A stretch of 64,000 bases of DNA from Octopus sinensis (GCF_006345805.1 NC_043006.1:1674001-1738000); one strand, 5' to 3'; positions 36,501 through 47,460 are shown, counted from the first letter of the stretch. Notes: generated by a model not told the origin, from the sequence alone. Made by a program: numbers and translations.

Positions 36501-39500
36501 CACCATTTGAGCATGGCCAATGCCAGTGCTGCTTGACTGGCTCCTGTGCCGGTGACATGTAAAAAGCACCATTTGAGCATGGCCAATGCCAGTGCTGCTT
36601 GACTGGCTCCTGTGCTGGTGACATGTAAAAAGCACCATTTGAGCATGGCCAATGCCAGTGCTGCTTGACTGGCTCCTGTGCTGGTGACATGTAAAAAGCA
36701 CCATGTGAGCATGGCCAATGCCAGTGCTGCTTGACTGGCTCCTGTGCCAGTGACATGTAAAAAGCACCATTTGAGCATGGCCAATGCCAGTGCTGCTTGA
36801 CTGGCTCCTGTGCCAGTGACATGTAAAAGCACCATTTGAGCATGGCCAATGCCAGTGCTGCTTGACTGGCTCCTGTGCCGGTGACATGTAAAAAGCACCA
36901 TTTGAGCATGGCCAATGCCAGTGCTGCTTGACTGGCTCCTGTGCCAGTGACATGTAAAAAGCACCATTTGAGCATGGCCAATGCCAGTGCTGCTTGACTG
37001 GCTCCTGTGCCAGTGACATGTAAAAAGCACCATTTGAGCATGGCCAATGCCAGTGCTGCTTGACTGGCTCCTGTGCCAGTGACATGTAAAAAGCACCATT
37101 TGAGCATGGCCAATGCCAGTGCTGCTTGACTGGCTCCTGTGCCAGTGACATGTAAAAAGCACCATTTGAGCATGGCCAATGCCAGTGCTGCTCGACTGGC
37201 TCCTGTGCCGGTGACATGTAAAAAGCACCATTTGAGCATGGCCAATGCCAGTGCTGCTTGACTGGCTCCTGTGCTGGTGACATGTAAAAAGCACCATGTG
37301 AGCATGGCCAATGCCAGTGCTGCTTGACTGGCTCCTGTGCCAGTGACATGTAAAAAGCACCATTTGAGCATGGCCAATGCCAGTGCTGCTTGACTGGCTC
37401 CTGTGCCAGTGACATGTAAAAAGCACCATTTGAGCATGGCCAATGCCAGTGCTGCTTGACTGGCTCTTGTGCCAGTGACATGTAAAAAGCACCATTTGAG
37501 CATGGCCAATGCCAGTGCTGCTTGACTGGCTCCTGTGCTGGTGACATGTAAAAAGCACCATTTGAGCATGGCCAATGCCAGTGCTGCTTGACTGGCTCCT
37601 GTGCCGGTGACATGTAAAAAGCACCATTTGAGCATGGCCAATGCCAGTGCTGCTTGACTGGCTCCTGTGCCAGTGACATGTAAAAAGCACCATTTGAGCA
37701 TGGCCAATGCCAGTGCTGCTTGACTGGCTCCTGTGCTGGTGACATGTAAAAAGCACCATTTGAGCATGGCCAATGCCAGTGCTGCTCGACTGGCTCCTGT
37801 GCTGGTGACATGTAAAAAGCACCATTTGAGCATGGCCAATGCCAGTGCTGCTTGACTGGCTCCTGTGCCGGTGACATGTAAAAAGCACCATTTGAGCATG
37901 GCCAATGCCAGTGCTGCTCGACTGGCTCCTGTGCTGGTGACATGTAAAAAGCACCATTTGAGCATGGCCAATGCCAGTGCTGCTTGACTGGCTCCTGTGC
38001 TGGTGACATGTAAAAAGCACCATTTGAGCATGGCCAATGCCAGTGCTGCTTGACTGGCTCCTGTGCCGGTGACATGTAAAAAGCACCATTTGAGCATGGC
38101 CAATGCCAGTGCTGCTCGACTGGCTCCTGTGCTGGTGACATGTAAAAAGCACCATTTGAGCATGGCCAATGCCAGTGCTGCTCGACTGGCTCCTGTGCTG
38201 GTGACATGTAAAAAGCACCATGTGAGCATGGCCAATGCCAGTGCTGCTTGACTGGCTCCTGTGCCAGTGACATGTAAAAAGCACCATTTGAGCATGGCCA
38301 ATGCCAGTGCTGCTTGACTGGCTCCTGTGCCAGTGACATGTAAAAAGCACCATTTGAGCATGGCCAATGCCAGTGCTGCTTGACTGGCTCCTGTGCCGGT
38401 GACATGTAAAAAGCACCATTTGAGCATGGCCAATGCCAGTGCTGCTTGACTGGCTCCTGTGCCAGTGACATGTAAAAAGCACCATTTGAGCATGGCCAAT
38501 GCCAGTGCTGCTTGACTGGCTCCTGTGCCAGTGACATGTAAAAAGCACCATTTGAGCATGGCCAATGCCAGTGCTGCTTGACTGGCTCCTGTGCCAGTGA
38601 CATGTAAAAAGCACCATTTGAGCATGGCCAATGCCAGTGCTGCTTGACTGGCTCCTGTGCCAGTGACATGTAAAAAGCACCATTTGAGCATGGCCAATGC
38701 CAGTGCTGCTCGACTGGCTCCTGTGCCGGTGACATGTAAAAAGCACCATTTGAGCATGGCCAATGCCAGTGCTGCTTGACTGGCTCCTGTGCTGGTGACA
38801 TGTAAAAAGCACCATGTGAGCATGGCCAATGCCAGTGCTGCTTGACTGGCTCCTGTGCCAGTGACATGTAAAAGCACCATTTGAGCATGGCCAATGCCAG
38901 TGCTGCTTGACTGGCTCCTGTGCCAGTGACATGTAAAAGCACCATTTGAGCATGGCCAATGCCAGTGCTGCTTGACTGGCTCTTGTGCCAGTGACATGTA
39001 AAAAGCACCATTTGAGCATGGCCAATGCCAGTGCTGCTTGACTGGCTCCTGTGCTGGTGACATGTAAAAAGCACCATTTGAGCATGGCCAATGCCAGTGC
39101 TGCTTGACTGGCTCCTGTGCCGGTGACATGTAAAAAGCACCATTTGAGCATGGCCAATGCCAGTGCTGCTTGACTGGCTCCTGTGCCAGTGACATGTAAA
39201 AAGCACCATTTGAGCATGGCCAATGCCAGTGCTGCTTGACTGGCTCCTGTGCTGGTGACATGTAAAAAGCACCATTTGAGCATGGCCAATGCCAGTGCTT
39301 GCTGCTTGGCACTGGCTCCTGTGCTGGTGACATGTAAAAAGCACCATTTGAGCATGGCCAATGCCAGTGCTGCTTGACTGGCTCCTGTGCCGGTGACATG
39401 TAAAAAGCACCATTTGAGCATGGCCAATGCCGTGCTGGCTGCTCGACTGGCTCCTGTGCTGGTGACATGTAAAAAGCACCATTTGAGCATGGCCAATGCC

Positions 39501-41272
39501 AGTGCTGCTTGACTGGCTCCTGTGCTGGTGACATGTAAAAAGCACCATTTGAGCATGGCCAATGCCAGTGCTGCTTGACTGGCTCCTGTGCCGGACATGT
39601 AAAAAGCACCATTTGAGCATGGCCAATGCCAGTGCTGCTCGACTGGCTCCTGTGCTGGTGACATGTAAAAAGCACCATTTGAGCATGGCCAATGCCAGTG
39701 CTGCTCGACTGGCTCCTGTGCTGGTGACATGTAAAAAGCACCATTTGAGCATGGCCAATGCCAGTGCTGCTTGACTGGCTCCTGTGCCGGTGACATGTAA
39801 AAAGCACCATTTGAGCATGGCCAATGCCAGTGCTGCTCGACTGGCTCCTGTGCTGGTGACATGTAAAAAGCACCATTTGAGCATGGCCAATGCCAGTGCT
39901 GCTTGACTGGCTCCTGTGCTGGTGACATGTAAAAAGCACCATTTGAGCATGGCCAATGCCAGTGCTGCTTGACTGGCTCCTGTGCTGGTGACATGTAAAA
40001 AGCACCATTTGAGCATGGCCAATGCCAGTGCTGCTTGACTGGCTCCTGTGCTGGTGACATGTAAAAAGCACCATTTGAGCATGGCCAATGCCAGTGCTGC
40101 TTGACTGGCTCCTGTGCCGGTGACATGTAAAAAGCACCATTTGAGCATGGCCAATGCCAGTGCTGCTTGACTGGCTCCTGTGCTGGTGACATGTAAAAGC
40201 ACCATTTGAGCATGGCCAATGCCAGTGCTGCTCGACTGGCTCCTGTGCTGGTGACATGTAAAAAGCACCATTTGAGCATGGCCAATGCCAGTGCTGCTTG
40301 ACTGGCTCCTGTGCCGGTGACATGTAAAAACACCATTTGAGCATGGCCAATGCCAGTGCTGCTCGACTGGCTCCTGTGCTGGTGACATGTAAAAAGCACC
40401 ATTTGAGCATGGCCAATGCCAGTGCTGCTTGACTGGCTCCTGTGCTGGTGACATGTAAAAAGCACCATTTGAGCATGGCCAATGCCAGTGCTGCTTGACT
40501 GGCTCCTGTGCCGGTGACATGTAAAAAGCACCATTTGAGCATGGCCAATGCCAGTGCTGCTCGACTGGCTCCTGTGCCGGTGACATGTAAAAAGCACCAT
40601 TTGAGCATGGCCAATGCCAGTGCTGCTTGACTGGCTCCTGTGCCGGTGACATGTAAAAAGCACCATTTGAGCATGGCCAATGCCAGTGCTGCTCGACTGG
40701 CTCCTGTGCTGGACATGTAAAAAGCACCATTTGAGCATGGCCAATGCCAGTGCTGCTTGACTGGCTCCTGTGCTGGTGACATGTAAAAAGCACCATTTGA
40801 GCATGGCCAATGCCAGTGCTGCTCGACTGGCTCCTGTGCTGGTGACATGTAAAAAGCACCATTTGAGCATGGCCAATGCCAGTGCTGCTTGACTGGCTCC
40901 TGTGCTGGTGACATGTAAAAAGCACCATTTGAGCATGGCCAATGCCAGTGCTGCTCGACTGGCTCCTGTGCTGGTGACATGTAAAAAGCACCATTTGAGC
41001 ATGGCCAATGCCAGTGCTGCTTGACTGGCTCCTGTGCTGGTGACATGTAAAAAGCACCATTTGAGCATGGCCAATGCCAGTGCTGCTCGACTGGCTCCTG
41101 TGCTGGTGACATGTAAAAAGCACCATTTGAGCATGGCCAATGCCAGTGCTGCTTGACTGGCTCCTGTGCTGGTGACATGTAAAAAGCACCATTTGAGCAT
41201 GGTCGATGCAAATACCACCTGACTGGTCCCGATGCCGGTGGCACATAAAAAGCACCCACTACACTTTTGGAG
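21600..41272 (+). mobile_element. Family C-related element hosting the satellite; 3' tail missing after ~41272
   Basis: Left flank gaagacctgtagatcaagtgaaatt plus ancestral-type subrepeat catggtcgatgccaataccgcctgactgacacctgtgccggt; right flank catggtcgatgcaaataccacctgactgg...ggtggcacataaaaagcacccactacac (family C body start). Confidence 0.8.
21790..41202. repeat. 66-bp tandem satellite, ~294 monomers, highly homogeneous
   Basis: Monomer tgtaaaaagcaccatttgagcatggccaatgccagtgctgct(t/c)gactggctcctgtgc(tg/cg/ca)gtgaca repeated head-to-tail without spacers; ~19.4 kb / 66. Confidence 0.98.
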
Positions 41273-41900
41273 TCATCTTCCTAATGTCTTATTTCCTTTC
41301 TCTTGAGGAAACAGGACCTCTTGGGGAAAAGGGATACCTATGATAATATTCATGACCAATAGCCAGCCATCAGCTGTCAACTCACTCTTCTTCTTTATTC
41401 AAAATAGTCACTCAGTTTTCTAGACTCAGATTTAAAATAGGATAAAGAGATAAATAAATTAGAAATGAATTACAACCCTTACAACCCTATGATCCCACTA
41501 TGCTCCATGCGATTCTAAGAAATTGTAGTCTATTCTTAGCCACTTTGCTACAATAGCAACAACATGAATTTCTCCCATCTTCTTACTCTGTTAAAATATT
41601 TAAGAAAAATTATGTCAATGTGTCCTACTTGTTAAAAACTTCTATATTTTGTGCAACTGAAGATAGCACTGCATTTAAATTGATGTAATGATTGCATTGT
41701 CAAATTAAATGGAACCACTTGAAACTGTCGTACTACATTACTACTTGATATCCTGTGGCTTAGTTTGATTTTATTCACCTTACTTCAAGCTGTATGAATA
41801 ATACCAGACTGACTTGGTGCTTCAACTTAAGTACCTAATTCAAGTGAATCTAGATATATACATATATACTATTTTATTGAAGCCAAAAATGGGTTTCACA

Positions 41901-42006
41901 AACTGTTACTCAGAGTTTCACGTTACTATTCATCTGACAATTGTAATAATTCAGTCTGAATTTCCTCATCTGTTGGATGAATGGCCTGTATGAAGCTCTG
42001 AGTAGC
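41901..42006. repeat. Short degenerate inverted repeat with hammerhead-like remnants
   Basis: gttactcagagtttcac...ttcatctgaca vs tgttggatgaa...tgaagctctgagtagc. Confidence 0.45.
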
Positions 42007-42159
42007 AATCTGTAAAGTTTTTTTCGCTTTAATAAAATTGTATATTGTTCTACTACTCTCCCTTTGGTATTCAAGTACTATTTTATCTACCTTGCTTTGT
42101 ATTTATGTGCTCACCTGTGTGTGTGTGTGTGTATATATACATATATATCATCATAGTCG

Positions 42160-42262
42160 TCATTTAATGTCCGTCTTCCATGCATGGGTAGAACAGTTCA
42201 CAGAAGCTGACAGGGTTTTTACAGCTGAATGTCCTTCCTAACACCAACCACACTGCACATAC
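42160..42262 (-). mobile_element. Family C-type SINE 3' fragment
   Basis: catttaatgtccgtcttccatgc...tttttacagctgaatgtccttcctaacaccaacc. Confidence 0.6.
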
Positions 42263-42294
42263 TCACATGTGCTTATATTTGTGAGTGTGTGTGG

Positions 42295-42299
<5 letters not shown>

Positions 42300-42326
<27 letters not shown>

Positions 42327-42632
42327 CACCGTGATCACCGTAACCGACCAGGCTATCAGATATTGCTACACACCGCTGGTCACAATACGCTTTGCATTGT
42401 TTTAGCCTTCAAATGATGTCACCCTGCAGGCTAAGCGAGCAGGCCAACAGAAGAAAGAGTGAGAGAATGTTGCGGTGAAAGAGTACAGCAGGGATCGCCC
42501 CCACCCTGCAGGAGCCTCGTGGAGCTTTGGGTGTTTTCGCTCAATAAAAACTCACAACGCCCGGTCTGGGAATTGAAACCGCAATCCTATGACCATGAGT
42601 CCGCTGCCCTAACCACTGAGCCATTGCACCTC

Positions 42633-42670
<38 letters not shown>

Positions 42671-43105
42671 CATATATATATATATACTCCGTTGTCTCCC
42701 GAGACAAAAAGGATGCCAACAACAACATATATATATATATATATACACATATATATACATGTATATATATATATACATACATATATATATATATATATAT
42801 CACCGTGATCACCGTAACCGACCAGGCTATCAGATATTGCTACACACCGCTGGTCACAATACGCTTTGCATTGTTTTAGCCTTCAAATGATGTCACCCTG
42901 CAGGCTAAGCGAGCAGGCCAACAGAAGAAAGAGTGAGAGAATGTTGCGGTGAAAGAGTACAGCAGGGATCGCCCCCACCCTGCAGGAGCCTCGTGGAGCT
43001 TTGGGTGTTTTCGCTCAATAAAAACTCACAACGCCCGGTCTGGGAATTGAAACCGCAATCCTATGACCATGAGTCCGCTGCCCTAACCACTGAGCCATTG
43101 CACCT

Positions 43106-43146
<41 letters not shown>

Positions 43147-43290
43147 CATATATATATATATACTCCGTTGTCTCCCGAGACAAAAAGGATGCCAACAACA
43201 ACATATATATATATATATATACACATATATATACATGTATATATATATATACATACATATATATATATATATACATATATATATATGTAT
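42300..43290 (-). repeat. 474-bp tandem duplication, each copy holding a family D SINE (42327-42633, 42801-43107) and flanking microsatellite
   Basis: Near-identical ORFs at 42459 and 42933; the stretch ctccgttgtctcccgagacaaaaaggatgccaacaacaac is also duplicated. Confidence 0.92.
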
Positions 43291-43668
43291 ATGCATACAT
43301 ATATATAATTTAATTTAATTTTAACCCAGTTAAGTCAGTTTAATTTAGTTAAGGAAACCCATTCTTTTTGAGTATATAGAAAGTAAATAAATTGAAAAAT
43401 AAAAGTATTTAAGTTTTGCAGGATTTGAAACCACGGAGGCTCTTTTTAAGTCAATTTAGTTCAATTTTAATTCATTGGAATTAATTTGATTTGAAAATTT
43501 ATTTATTTTTTTTTTTTTTACCGCTTCCTCTACTGCTTTAAAAAGAAAAAAATTCTTCACTGCTTTGTCCTTTGGGTTATCCGTGCATGAATACCAAAGT
43601 GGGAAAGCAAACAACACCGTACGGGCCTGGTGCGTGATGGCTATCTTTGCGTTTATATATATGTTTTT

Positions 43669-43745
43669 TCCCCTGACGAAGGAGGTATTATTGAAATGCA
43701 CCCTAGTGCTTTAACCATAATACACCCCTGAAATGGCCATAGGGA
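43669..43745 (+). ncRNA. Type I hammerhead ribozyme motif with an extended helix II
   Basis: TCCC-CTGACGA-[AGG..GTATTAT..GCAC(CCTA)GTGC..ATAATAC..CCT]-GAAA-T(GGCC)ATA^GGGA; intact core, 4-bp helix I, palindromic helix III ATGGCCAT, AUA site after 43741. Confidence 0.72.
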
Positions 43746-44230
43746 TAAGTAAACATGATTTCCTTCTTGTATATAAGGCTTATTTTACCGATTAAGATTT
43801 CTAAACGATGAACATTATTTTACTTTATTTACACGATATATATATATATGTTATATTTTTATATGCTCCTATATATATGTATATATATTTATATATGTTT
43901 TATATATTTTTATATGCCTATATTTTTATATACCTATATATTTTTATATATTACTTATATTATATTTTACTTTCTACGTCCTTATAAATGTATTCTCTTT
44001 GAATCGCTTGAATATTAATTCTAAGTTTTAACAAGAATTTTTCTCGAACCATACCATATTAATATTATATTATTATTATTACGTGCTGTACATATGAATT
44101 TTGTTCCATCTTGCGGATTATATGTTTATTCTATAATTAAATGTTCGAATTATGAAATGACATGCGGTTGACTCTGTATTTGCTTGTCCAATGATTTTAG
44201 TTTGATACATATATATATATACATATATAT

Positions 44231-45140
44231 AATAATAAGAGTAAATAATTTCTATAAAGGCTTTTAAAAAAACCACAATTATTTACTGGTAGAATTCGGT
44301 ATGTAAATATAGCCGATTACCGGCAGGAACTTCTGTAAAGTTCAGTATATATATTGTATATAAGAAAAAGGGACAGGCAACAGGTTGCTTGACCGCATAC
44401 CGAAAAAATAGAAATAGCAGTCAAGAATGCTTATTTCTATCAAAGTGGGACTCCGGGCACGACAAACCCTGTAATTCACATATGCAAAACAGAAGGAATA
44501 GATATTGAAAACGAAGTCTGGTGGTTATCTGTGAACATCATGTTTCTGGATTATAAACATATTGAATATATATTTCATATATATTTTTGATATATATTTC
44601 ATATACATTGCATATATATTTCACATCCTTCTTCAGCACAGCTTTCCATTGAAATAGATTTATCATAGATTTATCAAATGCTACGTACCTCAAACCTTCT
44701 GACCATGCGACATCAAAATATTTGAAGAAAGCGAGCAAAAGTTAAACCTACATATGATAAATCTATTTCAATGGAAGCTGTGCTGAAGAAGGATGTGAAA
44801 TATATATGCAATGCATATGAAATATATATCAAAAATATATATGAAATATATATCAAAAATATATATGAAATATATATTCAATATGTTTATAATCCAGAAA
44901 CATGATGTTCACAGATAACCACCAGACTTCGTTTTCAATATCTATTCCTTCTGTTTTGCGTATGTGAATTACAGGGTTTGTCGTGCCCGGAGTCCCACTT
45001 TGATAGAAATAAGCATTCTTGACTGCTATTTCTATTTTTTCGGTATGCGGTCAAGCAACCTGTTTCTTATATACATATATATATATATACATATATATAT
45101 GTATATACATACATATATATATATATACATATATATATAC

Positions 45141-45179
<39 letters not shown>

Positions 45180-46100
45180 CATATATATAATAATAAGAGT
45201 AAATAATTTCTATAAAGGCTTTTAAAAAAACCACAATTATTTACTGGTAGAATTCGGTATGTAAATATAGCCGATTACCGGCAGGAACTTCTGTAAAGTT
45301 CAGTATATATATTGTATATAAGAAAAAGGGACAGGCAACAGGTTGCTTGACCGCATACCGAAAAAATAGAAATAGCAGTCAAGAATGCTTATTTCTATCA
45401 AAGTGGGACTCCGGGCACGACAAACCCTGTAATTCACATATGCAAAACAGAAGGAATAGATATTGAAAACGAAGTCTGGTGGTTATCTGTGAACATCATG
45501 TTTCTGGATTATAAACATATTGAATATATATTTCATATATATTTTTGATATATATTTCATATATATTTTTGATATATATTTCATATATATTTTTGATATA
45601 TATTTCATATATATTTTTGATATATATTTCATATATATTTTTGATATATATTTCATATACATTGCATATATATTTCACATCCTTCTTCAGCACAGCTTTC
45701 CATTGAAATAGATTTATCATAGATTTATCAAATGCTACGTACCTCAAACCTTCTGACCATGCGACATCAAAATATTTGAAGAAAGCGAGCAAAAGTTAAA
45801 CCTACATATGATAAATCTATTTCAATGGAAAGCTGTGCTGAAGAAGGATGTGAAATATATATGCAATGCATATGAAATATATATCAAAAATATATATGAA
45901 ATATATATTCAATATGTTTATAATCCAGAAACATGATGTTCACAGATAACCACCAGACTTCGTTTTCAATATCTATTCCTTCTGTTTTGCGTATGTGAAT
46001 TACAGGGTTTGTCGTGCCCGGAGTCCCACTTTGATAGAAATAAGCATTCTTGACTGCTATTTCTATTTTTTCGGTATGCGGTCAAGCAACCTGTTTCTTA
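44231..46100. repeat. Two tandem ~1-kb units, each containing a long fold-back with ~290-380-bp arms and an ~87-bp spacer
   Basis: Arms 44379-44666 / 44754-45064 and 45337-45720 / 45808-46094 are reverse complements; the shared leader aataataagagtaaataatt starts at 44231 and 45189. Confidence 0.93.
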
Positions 46101-46163
46101 TATACATATATATGTATATACATACATATATATATACATATATATATGTATATACATACATAT

Positions 46164-46227
<64 letters not shown>

Positions 46228-46954
46228 TATGTATATACATACATACATACCTACATACGTACATACATACAAGCATACGTACCTGCAAACTTACATACAA
46301 ACATACATACATATGTATATTTATACAATCTTTCCTCATTGAGAAAGTTAACATTATTGCTGTTATTGCTTATCCATGAGTCAGGCCTGACAGGGCTGGG
46401 TCTTGACCAAATTCATTCCACATACAGCAAATCCTAACACTCCTCAACCAATATATCCTACTTATGTTGTCATTGTTATTTAACCCAAGTGCAACAGCCC
46501 CTTTGAGCAGGCCTGTAATGGTTTGTTATATAAAAGAAAATAGCCAAAGGAAGACAGCGGAGACACAGCCTTTGTGTGCCCTTATGAAAATTAATTCAAG
46601 CTCAGAAGTTGTTTGTAGAAGTTTCCAGGTGTCAGATGGCAACACAATGGCATAAGTAATAAAAAGGAACAGAGGAACAGTGAGATTTGATGTCAATGTG
46701 GCTGCTATTTCTAGTAGGTTGAGTGGCTGGTCCTGTGGCAGGTTTTCCAGGCACAAAAGGCAGACGTTAAACGATGATAATGATATATGTATAGGTGTGT
46801 GTGTGTGTGTGTACATGTATACACACACACATACACACACACATATATATATACAAATCGAAAATAAAAATAAAAGCAAAAACAACAAAATTCAAAAGGT
46901 CGTACACACTGAATGTGTGTGTATGTATATATATATACATATGTATATATATAC

Positions 46955-46990
<36 letters not shown>

Positions 46991-47053
46991 TTGTATATAT
47001 ATACACACACATATATGTGTGTGTGTGTGTGTATATATGTATAAATGTATGTA

Positions 47054-47460
47054 TACTCTTACTCTTTTACTTGTTTCAGTCATTTGACTGCGGCCATGCT
47101 GGAGCACCACCTTTTAGTCGAGCATATCGACCCCAGGATTTATTCTTTGTAAACATAGTACTTATTCTATCAGTCTCTTTTGCCAAACCGCTAAGTTATG
47201 GGGACGTAAACACACCAGCATCGGTTGTCAAGCAATGTTGGGGAACAAATACAGACACACAAACACACACACACATATACATATACATACAAATATTCGA
47301 TGGGCTTCTTTCAGTTTCCATCTACCAAATCCACTCACAAGGCTTTGGTCAGCCCGAGGCTATAGTAGAAGACACTTGCCCAAGGTGCCATGCAGTGGGA
47401 CTGAACCCAGAACCATGTGGTTGATAAGCAAGCTACTTACCACACAACCACTCCTACACC
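47054..47460 (-). mobile_element. Full-length family A SINE
   Basis: Reverse complement of the 11245-11685 copy. Confidence 0.88.

Noticed and set aside
23027-39774. Recurrent 62-70-aa plus-strand ORFs (MPVTCKKHHLSMANASAARLAP...)
   Set aside because: They appear wherever two consecutive monomers have ctcga instead of cttga, removing a TGA; useful only as HOR markers.
21790-41202. CRISPR array
   Set aside because: Repeats are contiguous with no unique spacers, there are no cas genes, and the context is eukaryotic.
21627-41259. Three ~6,500-aa ORFs as real giant protein genes
   Set aside because: They are all three frames of one non-coding 66-bp satellite lacking minus-strand stop triplets; indels switch freely between peptides and there are no unique domains or splice structure. 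Kept only as a low-prior finding.
41300-41345. Collagen-like Gly-X-Y snippet (ETGPLGEKGY)
   Set aside because: Only three triplets followed by a stop, with no donor site; chance.
44538-45792. Duplicated ORFs MLAFFKYFDVAWSEGLRY... with IKNIYEIY repeats
   Set aside because: Short ORFs inside a non-coding fold-back; the repeat is the 24-bp minisatellite and no homology was recognised.
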